Part shown: positions 28,974 to 42,240 of the stretch, in pieces
How positions within the stretch are numbered: position 1 is the stretch's first letter
How the letters are laid out: the number at the start of each line of letters is the position of its first letter
Source of the DNA: Antedon mediterranea
Taxonomy: Eukaryota > Animalia > Echinodermata
DNA length: 64,000 nt
NCBI RefSeq assembly: GCF_964355755.1
Contig: NC_092674.1
Coordinates: 18,228,001 to 18,292,000, forward strand
Direction: 5' to 3'
The notes under the pieces: model-generated
Database searches by the model: none
What the model saw: the letters and a program-made list of their open reading frames with translations, nothing else
Told to the model about the DNA's origin: nothing
Program-made: the position numbers and the translations under genes

Positions 28974-29675
28974 CGCCCGTATTCTGAAACCGGACTTTAG
29001 TCGTAGTTCGAGCTAAAACTTTATAAATGACGTCATTTTAATTCATAAACCGAACTTCAACTAAATCGCCGACTAATTCAGGCCAACCTCGACTAAATCG
29101 AGACGGATTTTGATCAATTTTTTTAGTCCTGGAGGGGGCAGGCTAAATGGTCGACTAAATGGTTTTTAAACGATGTTCATGAAAAACGTAACAGTCATTG
29201 AGTTGTTATATTGGCCAGATATTGAAGAATGAAATATCTATTTTTTATTAGCTTAATTAAATATACATTGGTATAAGTTATAATAATGAAAATCATCTTT
29301 ATTTACAACCATATACAAATTACATTATTTTCTTCGCGCAAGTCCGACTTGAACTACGTGACGCCATAGCAACAATGGCAGATGCGGAAATTCACCACGT
29401 GATGAAATGTTTAGGGGGCCTAGCGCTTTCTTGTCACGCTATGAAGTGCGTGGTTCGTCGCGATCATACTTTGTTGGGGGCCTAGAAAATATAAAAGTTA
29501 CCGTACCGCCATGGTTCCTAAATATATTTTGAAGATTTTGTTTGTTGTTAATCAAATATAGTTCACTGTTAAATTAATTCTGATATTGTTCTAATAATTA
29601 ACGATTAAAATTATTTTTCATGTATATAGTCCTGATGCCCGTCCTGATGCGTAAAAAGTGTTGTAAAAAAATGTT
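28974..29675 (-). mobile_element. Truncated inverted copy of the MITE at 50466-51364
   Basis: Starts with the TIR CGCCCGTATTCTGAAACCGGACTTTAGTCGTAG and matches the reverse complement of ~50680-51364 closely. Confidence 0.9.
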
Positions 29676-29987
29676 AGTTAGTAATACTTCTAGGCCTAGG
29701 CTATATAAGCATGCAGAGAGATTAAATAATTTGTGTAAATAGTGCTTGCCAACCAAAATATTTGGTCTATTGGTATTAAGGCTTTAACCTATTACACTGG
29801 AGCCCTCGGTTCCAAGTCTTTCAAGAATGTGTTTTTTTTAATAGTTGAGAAAGATTATTTAGAGGGTTAGGTTTAGTTTATTTAAGAAGTAGATCAGCTA
29901 TCTTGCAATTCTTTATAATAGAAAATAATTAAGGTAATGAATTATTCATGATTGCTGCCTTAATTGCATAGGAAAAAAAAATAATGT

Positions 29988-30415
29988 GGCCCAGGACTAT
30001 TCGGCCCGGGACGATTCGGCCCTGAGACGATCCGGCACACTTTTATTTATCGGCTTTAATATGCATTTTATAAGCATAAATAAGCTTTTTACCTCAAACT
30101 TTATTTTCAGAGACTATGGGGTAGTTTTACTAGGGATAAAGATGGGATAAAGATGCAATAAAGCAAACATTTTGAAAACATTGTCGAAAATGATCATTTT
30201 TCAGTCAAGCGAACGATGTTAAACAAGTTACGCCCGCCGGTTTAGAATAAATTGAATATAAAATTACGTTTTTTAATAATTTATATAATATTTATATAAA
30301 CAATATCAATAAAATACGGATTGTTAAACATCTTTATGACTTGATAAGTACCCAAAAAAATGTATATGAATTTAGTCTAAAGTCGAATCGTCTCAGGGCC
30401 GAATCGTACCGGATT
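29988..30415. mobile_element. Small MITE with GATTCGGCCC subterminal repeats (Mutator-like)
   Basis: ACGATTCGGCCCTGAGACGAT on the left and its reverse complement on the right; TSD not resolved. Confidence 0.55.
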
Positions 30416-30419
30416 GGCT

Positions 30420-30750
30420 TTAGTAATAGGCTAGCCTAGCTAGGCCTACCTAGGCCTAGTAGTAGTAGGCTAGTAGGCCTAGTCTAGGCCTAGGCCTAGG
30501 TTAGTAGTGGTTCTGTAGTAGGCCTAGCCTAGGCCTAGTAGTAGTAATAATAGTAGTAGGCCCCCTAGTAGTAGTAATAATAGTAGTCGTAGTAATAATA
30601 GTAGTAGCAGCCTAGGCCTAGTAGTAGTAGGGAGAGTAGTAGTAGGCCTAGGCTAGTATAGTAGTAGGAGGCTAACTAGGCTACCTAGAGGTAGTACAAA
30701 CAATACATCCATAGGCATAGGCCTACCTAGGCCTAGCTTAGTAGGCCCTA
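30420..30750. repeat. Low-complexity TAGGCCTA / TAGTAG cluster at the start of TPP2 intron 1
   Basis: Dense mosaic of TAGGCCTA, TAGCCTA, TAGGCTA and (TAG)n. Confidence 0.9.
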
Positions 30751-30762
30751 TCTATTGCGAAC

Positions 30763-30927
30763 CTGAAGACCTGGTGCACCAGGATCTACACCTGTATCGA
30801 GAATTGCTATTACTACGCCACGTCCATCATAATGGGGATACTTCGATATAAATAGATGAGCACCGGTTTCCTTTTTTGGTAATAGACCATGGAAAGGGTA
30901 TTCATCTTCTTCAAGAACACACGCCAT
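30763..30927 (-). CDS. TPP2: Tripeptidyl-peptidase II, coding exon 1
   Basis: [23 protein letters not shown]...[23 protein letters not shown], including the subtilase catalytic Asp motif ILDTG. ATG in aaaATGG context (another in-frame ATG at 30945). cag|gttcgc donor. Confidence 0.95.
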
Positions 30928-31329
30928 TTTTGGCACTAATACCATAAAAGATAGGCCTAGCTAGGTAGACTAGCCTCTCCTAGCCCTATAGTATCAGATC
31001 TTTGCTAATATACTAAAGAATATTATACATAAAATGAGCAATCCGCGATTTTTGTATTGGAAATTTGTACCTCTTTTAAGGTGCCCGCCCTCATACGAGC
31101 AGATATGTATACAGAATGAGGACGTACGTTCATAAATCACTCTCTCCAAATAAGGCTTTTGAGAAAATTGAAAGAATTGAGATAGGACGATAGTTGGAGA
31201 GATCAGATTTATTGCCGGACTTATAAATAGGAGTAACGCGCGCTATCTTCATTAGTTAAAACAAGATTACAAATATGGGATAATGGAAAGGAGATCAAAT
31301 TGGCGACATATGGCGACATATTTAATGGG

Positions 31330-31830
31330 TTTTGTTTTAAAATCGTCAATTGTTTGTTTCAAAGGATGTGATAATTTTTAGAATTCCGTCTCATCAACTG
31401 GATTAAAGAATAAAAAATCATGAGTTGGGTTTGGCAGAAAGTCTTTAAATGACTTGTTGACATGGGGAATTTTATTAGCAAGGGAGGGACCGATTTCTAC
31501 AAAGTATTTGTTAAAAGCATTACATATTGTATTGGGATCTTTAGTCAGTTCACCGTTACAGTTGATAGAGATATCAGAGTTTCGATTATTTGGGGTTTTG
31601 AGTAGTGAATTGATGGTTTTCCAGGATGCCTTGATATTATTTTTATGTTTAATGAGAGTGTCCTTGTAATGTAATTGTTTAGCCAGTTTTATCAAAGTAT
31701 TTAATTTATTGCGAATTTTTTTGTATGTTTTTTCATTGGCGACAGAAGGACAGGGTGGAGGAATTTAGAATAAAGTTTGTGTTTATATTTAACTGAATTT
31801 AGCAATCCATTAGACATCCATGATTTTTAT
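31330..31830 (-). mobile_element. CR1/L2-group LINE ORF2 fragment (EN-RT linker)
   Basis: WMSNGLLNSV..., SWKTINSLL, ICNAFNKYFVEIGPSLANKI. Confidence 0.85.
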
Positions 31831-33569
31831 TTTTTTATTTTTGTATGAGAAAGTGTTTATTATAAAGTGATTTTAATTTACGAATTAAAAAAGGTTTACT
31901 ATTATAATTTCAATGTAAAATTTAATGACAAAAAGAGAGATCGATGTTTCGGTACCATCATAGAACCATTTTCAAGATCAAGTGAATACAAAACAATAAT
32001 TATTATAATATTAATCATCAATGTTATGTTAATTAATGCGTTTGTAAAGGTGTCGGCAAGTGTAACCGACATAGTTTGTATCACACAAACCACATTGAAA
32101 TGTGTACACAACGCATTGTGAAGTAATGATTCTGGGTTTCATTTCTTTTGGTTTTAAAGGACAGGTGCGGGCAAAAAATGTCTATTGATCATACATTCCA
32201 ATAATTATCGATCTATAGTTTCCCCTATGTTTCTTAATTTTTTGGATTTTATTTGTGTTACATGAGCTTGTTGAACATAAGCACTTTCTTATCAGTGGGG
32301 GGATAGTTCAAATTACACAGTAAAATCTCTATTCTTTTGTACACAAATTTTGTAAATAATGAAGCATTTTAAAAAGCTATGAAAAATAAACAGTGAGGTA
32401 AAAAATGTTATCAGATGACTAAATATAGGTAATATAACTTGAATTTTACATTCTGGTATTTTTATTCAACTTCAGATTTATTTTCATGCTATAGCAAATA
32501 TTATCCACAGTATATCCACCATCTTTTTTCACCTTCTAGGGAGTCACCAGACATGTTATTACATTATGTTAAACTACCTAACTACTGAAAAATTGTCTTC
32601 CTGGTTTTTATGGCAGAATTTTGCCAAATTTTGCATTTGATGATATTAAGGGAAATTCATGTTTTTTTCGTCTTGATTTCTGTTACAAATATTAGATTTA
32701 TGTACAATTAAACAGATATTATATTTAAAATTCATGTGTACCTGAGCTTTAAGGTGTCACCTATCTTACGACTAGTAAATACTGGTAAAATATCATCAAA
32801 CTAAGTTGTTTAAGTTGTTTTTCTAACACGGTTACTAAACAAAAGTATTATAGGCGATCCCTTAAAACAACATGGCATAACTGGTGATATCTCAGAATAC
32901 TAGAGTCTTATCTAAATGTAACAATAAGTTTGATTGCCTAATTAAGGAGATAAGATAAGATAAAGATAAGATAAGATACATTTATTGAACAAACGCTTTT
33001 GTATCAGCGGCACACGTTTATAAGCTAAATTTACAAGGCAATGTAAAAACAAAAAGAAAAGTATCAAAAATAACATTTAAGTCTTAACTAAGAAGCGAAT
33101 TATACAAGTAAAATGAAATAGTAAAAACAAGGTAATCTTACAGATCGAACAATACTTAACCTATATGATGGAGTTAATGTTATTATCTATTTATTATCAG
33201 TGTTATTAATATTTTCAAGTTTAAAGCGAATATATTATCATTATTATTACTAAAAAAAATATATATATGCTGTGGATCAAAGAGTTAAAACCTACATTCA
33301 ATAAACAATCGGATTCCATCAAAGCTAAATTGTTTATCTAACTCAGTAGGAGGAGCTAATTACTTATTTAGCCCTCAACAAAAACCACTTTTGTTGTGAT
33401 GATCGAACTGATTTGTGAAAATGTTGTCAAGCAGAGTAGCAGTGGATATACGGGATGGTTTGTGAATACATGGAAGGTATGGTTACTAAACAGTGAATTT
33501 ATAAAATGGCGGCTTCATTATCAAATTCATATTTGAGAATCGAAAAATCGAGTGTTAGGCCAAATGAGG

Positions 33570-36068
33570 TAATTAACCATTGTAATAAAACTTTGGTATG
33601 TGATCCAAAAGGTATGTGTGACGCTTTTAATGACTTCTTCTCCAACATTGGAAATGAATTAGCAAACAAAATACCAAATGTAAACAATTCTGACTTTAAA
33701 CAATATATGAAAGAGAGTCAATCCCAATCCATATTTTTCAATCCTACGAATGAAGAAGAGGTCATTGAAATAGTTAGTCAAATCAAAAATTCAAATTCAG
33801 AAGGTGTTGATAACTTAAGTAATCGCATTCTAAAACATATTATTGCTGCTGTGGCATCTCCTCTTGCACATATCTTTAACCTCTCTCTTGAGACAGGCAT
33901 GGTCCCTGATAGTATGAAAGTAGCTAGAGTAGTTCCAATTTTTAAATCTGGCAATAAAAGTGACGTCAGTAATTATAGGCCGATCTCTATTCTGCCTACC
34001 GCTTAAAAAATTCTTGAAAAAATTTTTCAAATTAGAGTAAATAATTATATCACAAAGTTTAACATCCTTAATAATGCACAATATGGTTTCAGAAAAAACA
34101 GTTCTACTTTTATGGCCGTTATAGATCTGGTTGAACGAATAACCGATGCGCTTGATAAGAAAAAAAATACCATCGGAATATTTATTGATTTGTCAAAAGC
34201 ATTTGACACCATCAACCATGATATACTTCTAAACAAGAAATATTTCTTACAAAAAACGCTGCTCGCTTATTGAAAAATATTGTTTATTTCAAATGTTTTT
34301 TAATGTGTCATTTTATTGTCACATAATAGTTATTTTACCTGAAAAAAATGTAATTTAAAGCAACAAATACTTAAATTGTCTGTCAGACAATGGTTTTTGG
34401 GTTTCTTTTCTCTTTTTATATGTGAATAAATATTTTTTTTTTTAAATACTCAATTTCTGTCACTTTAGTTAATTTTTTTGCTAATTGCTAAGGTCAAGTC
34501 TGGGGGTCACTTCATCACCCTAGATATTTCAAGTGTGAAGTATCATATTACAAACACAAACTTGAATGGACTGTTTTGATAATAATTCAATGAATATCTG
34601 ACAGTACCAGAAATGCTTTTGGGATTTGTAATTTTAGCATGACATGTCCTAATAGACTCTTTTCCCAGACGTTTTTTGGGTCTACTGTAGCAGCTGGAAT
34701 CAATAAATTATAGTGGAGTTTCCATTTTCGCAAAGCTGTCGTCCTTAGAACTATAACTGCTGCTTGCTTTAGCTTCTGATTGAGTAGTCCTAATGGGACG
34801 TAGCGGGCTAGAGCAGCAGCGTGAAAAATTGGAACACTATGGCATAAAAGGCACGGCCCTTAAATGGTTTAGAAACTATATTAGTGGAAGGAAACAATTT
34901 ACCTCTATTGATAACACAAGTTCGTGTTTGTTGGATATAAATTGCGGTGTACCACAGGGTTCAATTCTGAGGCCTCTACATTTTATTTTGTACATTAACG
35001 ATGTATTTAATTGCTCAAACTCGTTATCTTTTGTTTTATTTGCTGACGACACAAACATATCTGCATCTCACGAAAACTTGGATACGCTCATAGAACTAGT
35101 TAATGGTGAACTAAAATATGTTTCGGATTGGTTCATGTGCAATAAACATCAATCACCGTTAAAAAAACTAATTACATAATTTTCCGCAATCAGCGAAATC
35201 CAAGTAAATTAGAGAATGTAAATATTTATGTCAACAATAAAAGAATAGATAGAGTTAAATCAACTAAATTCCTTGGAGTACATATTGATGAATTTCTCAC
35301 ATATAAGAATCACATCAATGTTACAGCTAGGAAAATATCTCGATATGTAGGCATACTATAAGTAAGACATTTTTTACCAACCTATGCTCTCTGTACAATA
35401 TACAAATCACTCATTGAACCAGTATTAAATTACTGCAACATAATATGGTGTAGTACATTTCCAAGTTATCTAGATGAGTTATTTAAACTCCAGAAAAGGG
35501 CATTACGAGCTATAACATGGTCAAAGTTTAATGATTCAATGACTGAATGTTTCTATAAATTTAAACTTCTTAAAATTGCGGATATCAATAAGTACCAAAT
35601 TGGGCTTTTCATGTATAATGTTACTACTAATCAGGACGTGCGTTTTTCATCGCTCTTTATTAAAAATGATTCTTACCATAATTAACAAGATCTAAAGACA
35701 AAATGAGACTCAGAAAACGTAATCGTACTTCTACTAGTTTTACTGTGTCATGCGTGGGACCCAAATTGTGGAATGACTTGAATTACGAACTACAAAGTAC
35801 CAAATCAATATATATATATATATTTAAATCATTGTTTAAAGAACATTTATTATCATTTTACAAATAATTTTAAAAATAATACTTGTTGCAGGATTTTGCT
35901 TTTTTTTTATTATTTATGTTTTAGTTTTTAGGCTAGTTAGGGACGTAGAGGGGGACACAACTAATCAAGCTCTTTTGAGTTTTTATGTGTTTTCCTTTTC
36001 ATCTTTTTTTATGTTCTCATATATTGTTGTATATTTTCATGATTGATGATGAATAAAGAATATTTGAA
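33570..36068 (+). mobile_element. 5'-truncated CR1/L2-group LINE (RT + 3' UTR), interrupted at ~34237-34825
   Basis: NYRPISILP, QYGFRK, FIDLSKAFDTINHDILLNK | KLEHYGIKG, GVPQGSIL, LFADDT; stops and frameshifts; 3' end near AATAAA at 36052. Confidence 0.9.
34237..34825 (-). repeat. Dispersed repeat family inserted in the LINE; related segments near 25110-25270, 41240-41330 and 61810-62050
   Basis: Shared GGACTACTCA(T/A)TCAGAAGCTA(AAGCAAGCAGCAGTTATAGTTCTA) and AAAGCACGTCTGGGA blocks. Confidence 0.7.
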
Positions 36069-37990
36069 GAGTAAAAAGAATGTCAATATTGAAATCGCCA
36101 AGGATATACACAATCTTGTTTTCTTTGGATAATGTGGAAAGAACAGAATCTAGTTCATCTGAAAATGTGTTTGGGTCAAAAGAGGGGGGGGGGGGGGGGG
36201 TGGGGGGGGGGGCCTATAAACTGTTCCAATAACGATGTTTTTTAAATTTGGTCTGGTAATTTCGATAAAAATTGATTCGCATGTAGAGGGGTGTAGAGTC
36301 AAGTAATTTCTTGTAGACAACTGAAGGCCATCACGAATATACATGGCAACGTCACCACCGGCTTTATGGTCTCTGTGATTTGCAGTAAAATGGTAATTTG
36401 GGAGCTGGGTTATCATATTTAAGCCAAGTTTCACTTACATCAATTACATTTGTTTTTAAGGATACTTCTAGATTTAAAATGAATTGTAGAAAAGCAGTCA
36501 GATTTAGTATTCGGGAATGAGTTGGGATAGTAGTATTGAGATAAGTTTTGGTTGTTAGAGAAAAAATGTTTATCAGGATCAATATTAGTAGTAAAATTAG
36601 AATCATTTAAAAAAGGTGAACACATTAAGTTGGTTAGTCGGTCATGTTGCGAGGTGCTAGAGGCTACATCATTTGCATAGTACATACAAAAACAAAAAAC
36701 GTCAACAGTATATGACTTAACGTATTTAAAAATTAGAGGAGAAAAAAAAGAATACAGATTGCAATTTAACATTTGGTTAAAAGTAAGTTAACTGATATTG
36801 ATAAAATTATGATATGATGAATGAAAACAACAAAGTATAAAAATTAAAAATGATGGAACGTGTATTTATTTTTAAAGTGTTAAATTATTATTATTTTCCA
36901 TTCAAAAAGTATATAAGTTATCTTGATGCTTGGCATTGTTTCCCTGGCTGACCACTTCCTCTTCTCTTCTGTCCACTTTATCTTCTTCATTCCTCTCATC
37001 CGTGATCCACACTCTCACCAGTTTAATAATAAAAACATTGTCAAACAACAGTTAATGATGAAAATAGAAGTAATAATTATGATTATCAAAATAATGATTG
37101 ATAAATAAAATCCAAAATTGATATGATGAATAATATGAAGGAAAAAGAAAATAAAAACGTCTTTTATGAATGTTGTTTTCAGTTATGAGTTAGTGTTATG
37201 TAAGGAGTACTTAGCTGTTCGTTGATCATTCTCAAATGATTCTCATCTCTCGATTCTGACCTCAATCAAAGATGGTTGAGGTCAGAAAGTGATCTGATGA
37301 CGATCTTTTTCTTGTTATTTAGCAGACAGTATACTCTTCCATCTGTGGACCAGGCAGCTTCAACTGATTCATTACGTGTTGCTAGATGTAAGATTTAAGC
37401 GTCTCGATGTTAGGTTCTCAGTAATTGAGTAACCAGATTTTTTTAGTTGTCGTTTATTGCGAAAAACATCAGAGCGAGTGCGATATTAGGTGAATTTGAT
37501 AATTATAGGTCTTGGTTTGGATTTAGATATTGGTAATACATCGGTGCCAGGATTTAGTTTCTTTCTGCCAAAACGATGTGTGTGATCAATATCACAAAGT
37601 TCAACCCCTTTGAGATCCTTGTTGTTATTACGTCTAGTGCCAGTATATCTGTATTTTCCTTAAAAGACTCAGGAACAACATGTAATAGTAGACAGTTACG
37701 TCTGCTATACTGTTCTAATTCATCAAGTATATCCGGGCGCGCCCCCATTGCTCTGTTTTCAGCTAATAAAGTGTCATTCTGTTCACGAAGAAGCCGTTAC
37801 ACCGTTGTCCATGGCAACGCTGTCATAAACACTGTCAGCAACCTGATCAATTATAGATTGGCTGATTTCAGCAATTAGCGTTTTACTATCACATACAGCT
37901 TTAATTATTTTCTGAAAGAGTTCAGGTGACGATAATATATGATTGCTAATGCTTGTTGCCACAATTGAAATTAGTTGAGGATCGTCGGCT
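36069..37990 (-). mobile_element. 5' half of a CR1/L2-group LINE: ORF1 and endonuclease start
   Basis: ORF1 motifs DELEQYSRRNCLLLH.VPE and PRPIIIKF; ORF2 start NIDPDKHFF, VSETWL, IVIGTVYRPP, ILGDFNIDIL; degenerate. Confidence 0.85.
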
Positions 37991-38599
37991 AGAATGCGTT
38001 TGCGTTTATACGCTTAACACGCTGCGTTGCGTATAGTTCTCACGCAGACTCAACACAGGCGTAGTAGTGCGTATTGTGTAGGGCATATCTGATTGGTCAA
38101 TTGCAGCCGCCATCTTGTTGGTTCCCTCTCCATGGAGAATCACTTTTTGAACTGCGATAACATTCGGCTATATAAAATATCATTGGATAGTAGATAGTAA
38201 AGAACTCTCCAGGAATACAGCAATTTCTATAATTATAACTGTAAAGCTACAAACAATATTATAATAATCATGTTAGTGTTTATTTTTTCCAGAACGAATT
38301 GAACGATGTCACACATGTACATGGGACTGTCATCGGATATAGTGCCATAGAAATATCATGACCATCTGGCAAACCTATCATTATGTATACATCACCGGAG
38401 TTGTATAATAGGTAAAACAAACTAGTTGTTATTGATCCTGATGAAATTGAAATTTGTGTCCAGCAATGTGTTTTCAAGAATGAACAAGGCCATATACATG
38501 GCTGCAGTTTCGTGCTCAAGTTAGTGTTTATCTTAATTTAAAACTAAGATATCTTTATTTCCGAATAAATGACAGCTTGGGGCGCCATACTCATGCAAG

Positions 38600-39445
38600 G
38601 AATCAGTAAATGTAATTGACGTTGAATTACTGGAATTCTCTTCATCTTCATGCAGCTTCGTATGTAGGCAATATCATCTTCTTCTTGCTCATGCACATGC
38701 CATGTGTCTCTCTTTTGGAACCATTCAATGAGAGTTAAGTCGACGGATCATATGTCCGAGGATGTTGTACCCTTTTTTCGTTGTTTAAAATGGTTTCTGG
38801 CGAAATATACTCTGGGGTTCCAACTGTATATAAGTGTTGGTTGAAGCTACACTAAAAGATTTCACCTTTGCCAAGCCAAGATCACAATGCTTAGGTAAGA
38901 AATCTTTTCCGATGAGTATATTTGCTGGCTTTATATTTTGGTGAATAATTATAGAGTTCAACACCTTCCAAAACACATTCCGCAACACTGATTTTCTTAT
39001 TTGGCATATCCACCTCGTCATCATGCAAGTAAATCACGTCTTCCATGTTCTCGCCATCAACAAACTCTGTAACAATGAAGATATACGATGTACCAACAAA
39101 TCTAATGATATTCTTATATTCGATGAGTTGATGAACAGCAGCTTCATTGAAGATTAACTTCTCAGGGCATTTTCCTCGTTTCATACGAATTCGCTTAACA
39201 GCTACCACCATTTCCTTTGTACCTTTAAAAACTTTACCAAAGGAGCCATGATTTATTGCATTTGTGAAGTCACAGGATATCGATAAGCCTTCAATCTCTC
39301 CCGTTCCACAATCTAGCTTTTGATTCACTAGGTTTACCGTTTTAACTTCAGTCGGATTGGTACCTGATTTGACAATTTGGATCGTATTTAGTTTTCTGTT
39401 AATTTCCTCTGGCTCACCGTCATCTAATTGTATGATAGTCTTCAA
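38600..39445 (-). pseudogene. Intronless protein kinase pseudogene
   Basis: GSFGKVFKG, VAVK, NEAAVH, FIVTEFVDG, IIHQNIKPANIL, CDLGLAK, GTPEYISPE, SDI*S..LTLIEWF spread over different frames (at least 3 frameshifts, one stop). Confidence 0.88.
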
Positions 39446-39968
39446 AATGCAGTTATAGTAGCCAGGCTTTTTTTATTTTAAGGACACATCCATTTGAATT
39501 GATTGGTTGATTGTCTTTAAACCACTGGTAAGAAATACCTGGGTGGTTATGATTTCGGCAAACTAGTCCTAAAGTCAAATGTCCTTCATCGATGTCCCAA
39601 ACTTCATCAGGATGATTTAAAATGAAGGGTCTGTGCTTTCAACTTCTGATGATGGAAACTCGTATACACTGCAGTCTGTATTATTACACTGGACGAAGAC
39701 TTTGCTTCCTTCAGAGACTTCACCCACGCTGTACCCATCATTCAATGGATCAGGATTCTCGTAAATGCACTCACTTCTCGAAGCAATTTTCCTTCTTATT
39801 TTATCACTGTAAGACGATTGTATGTCTTTAAAGTACCGAATTACAAGAGGCTGTGATGGCATGACTTCCCCATCCAATACAACATACAGTCCACTATCCG
39901 AAAGCGCATTTGAAGGAGGTTTTGTGACTTGCTGTACAGTTTGAATGCCAAAATCAGGTAGGTCTATT

Positions 39969-40562
39969 TGAGGTGAAAGCTGGATCATTAGTTGTCTCAT
40001 CATCTTGTGAGGTGAAAGCTGGATCATGAGTTGTCTCATCATCTTGTGAGATGAAAGCTGGATCATTAGTTGTTTCATCATTATGTGAGGTGAAAGCTGG
40101 ATCATTAGTTGTCTTATAATCCTGTGAGGTGAAAGCTGGATCATTAGTTGTCTCATAATATTGTGAGGTGAAAGCTGGATCATTAGTTGTCTCATAATCT
40201 TGTGAGGTGAAAGCTAGATCATTATTTGTCTCATAATCTTGTGAGGCGAAAGCTAGATCATTAGTTGTCTCATAATTTTTGAGGTGAAAGCTGGATCATT
40301 AGTTGTCTCATCATTTTGTGAGGTGAAAGCTGGATCATTAGTTGTCTCATAATCTTGTGAAGTGAAAGCTGGATCCTTAGTTGTCTCATAATCTTGTGAG
40401 GTGAAAGCTGGATCATTAGTTGTCTCATCATCTTGTGAGGTGAAAGCTGGATCATTAGTTGTCTCATCATTTTGTGAGGTGAAAGCTGGATCATTAGTTG
40501 TCTTATCATCTTGTGAGGTGTAAGCTGGATCATTAGTTGTCTCATAATCATGTGAGGTGAAA
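39969..40562. repeat. 39-bp minisatellite, ~15 copies, upstream of the kinase
   Basis: Unit TGAGGTGAAAGCTGGATCATTAGTTGTCTCATAATCTTG. Confidence 0.97.
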
Positions 40563-41694
40563 ATCTATCAAAATAGTAATTTTAAATAAAATCGGCCTGT
40601 CTTCAACATTATGATGCTGTACTCTAGCTGTTTAACCGGTTTTCAGCTGGCTATTAAAAACAATTATCGTAGAAGGAGATAGGTAAATGCGAAGCATCCT
40701 CGTATTCTTATGTGCGGGTATTTACAGCATCGACATTCATTAGACGGTGTGATCAGAAAACACCCCTATTTGGGGCAAATCGTTGAACCTCAATTCGTTT
40801 TATTTGTCAATAACTAATTATCTAACTCACTTTAATTAGTAAACAGGGTTACATCAGGTGGTTAAAATCAGTACCGAAAGTACGAACCAACTTTATATAC
40901 CATCGAGTAAACATTCTAGAAGTAACGCGCGATTTACCGAATTTTGCCCTAACGTAAATTGATATATATATATATATATATTGTGTATGGCCTGTCGTCA
41001 AAAGACATGGAACCTTTGATCTCAAACTGATGCATATCCTTCTAGTCATCAATCTATGGTATAACCAGTGATAGTTAGCATTATAATGCTTAGTGTAGTG
41101 TACATTTTTTTTCGAGCCGCGCCTTTAGGCAGTTATATTCAAGAGGACGGAAGCATTAAGAAACTGTGTCACGCGGAAGCTTACTGTACTTACTACGGCT
41201 GAAAAAATGGGTATTTGGAAAACTCGTACTGGGTGTATGTGAAAACCCCAAAAGCACGTCTTGGAGAAGAAAATCTAGTCTATAAGAGAGACAGTAGTCT
41301 CTCAGACCTGTTCAATAAACAATGTTTTCGTTTTGGCTTTCAATTTATCCTTGTTAAAACAATCGTTCCTCTATATGGTAAATATTTTTGGTGAATGATG
41401 TGTATAGTAGACTTAAAACAGTATTCTGTTTCATGTTTCAAAGTATATGTGCAATTTTCGGGCATCCAGCAGCGAGAAACTCTCCAATTATTTTATATGC
41501 ATCCAACAGCGAGAAACGCGCCAGTAATACAGGATGGATAAACTATTTTATAATTCAAAGTATAGGTGCAATTTCCAGGCACCTAGCAGCTCTATTTTTC
41601 AAACTTTTCTTAGCTCAGTCCCAACCATGGTAGGGCTGGTCCTGGAGACTTATATATTTGTTTCATATTTCAAAACATAAGTCAATTTCCGGGG

Positions 41695-42240
41695 CACACT
41701 TGAGCACAGTGTATTAGCATACGAAGAGTTATTTCTATTTTATATCACTTTGCTCCAGTGGCGTCAAATTGGATCCACTTGAGCAAAGTGTATTAACATA
41801 CGAAAATATATTAAAATTTAGTGACTTTATTTCTATTTTATATCACTGTGCTCCCCTGGTGCCAAATTGGGTCCACTTGAACACAGTGTATTAACATACG
41901 AAAAGATATTACAATTTAGTGAATTTATTTCTATTTTATATCACTGTGCTCCACTGGTGCCAAATTGGGTCCACTTGAACACAGTGTATTAACATACGAA
42001 AAGATATTACAATTTAGTGAATTTATTTCTATTTTATATCACTGTGCTCCACTGGTGCCAAATTGGGTCCACTTGAACACAGTGTATTAACATACGAAAA
42101 GATATTACAATTTAGTGAATTTATTTCTATTTTATATCACTGTGCTCCACTGGTGCCAAATTGGGTCCACTTGAACACAGTGTATTAACATACGAACATA
42201 TATATTAGAACTTATAAGTGACTTTATTTCTATTTTATAT
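41695..42240. repeat. 98-bp tandem repeat, ~5.5 copies
   Basis: (G/A)TCCACTTGA recurs at 41773, 41871, 41969, 42067 and 42165; central copies nearly identical, edge copies diverged. Confidence 0.95.
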
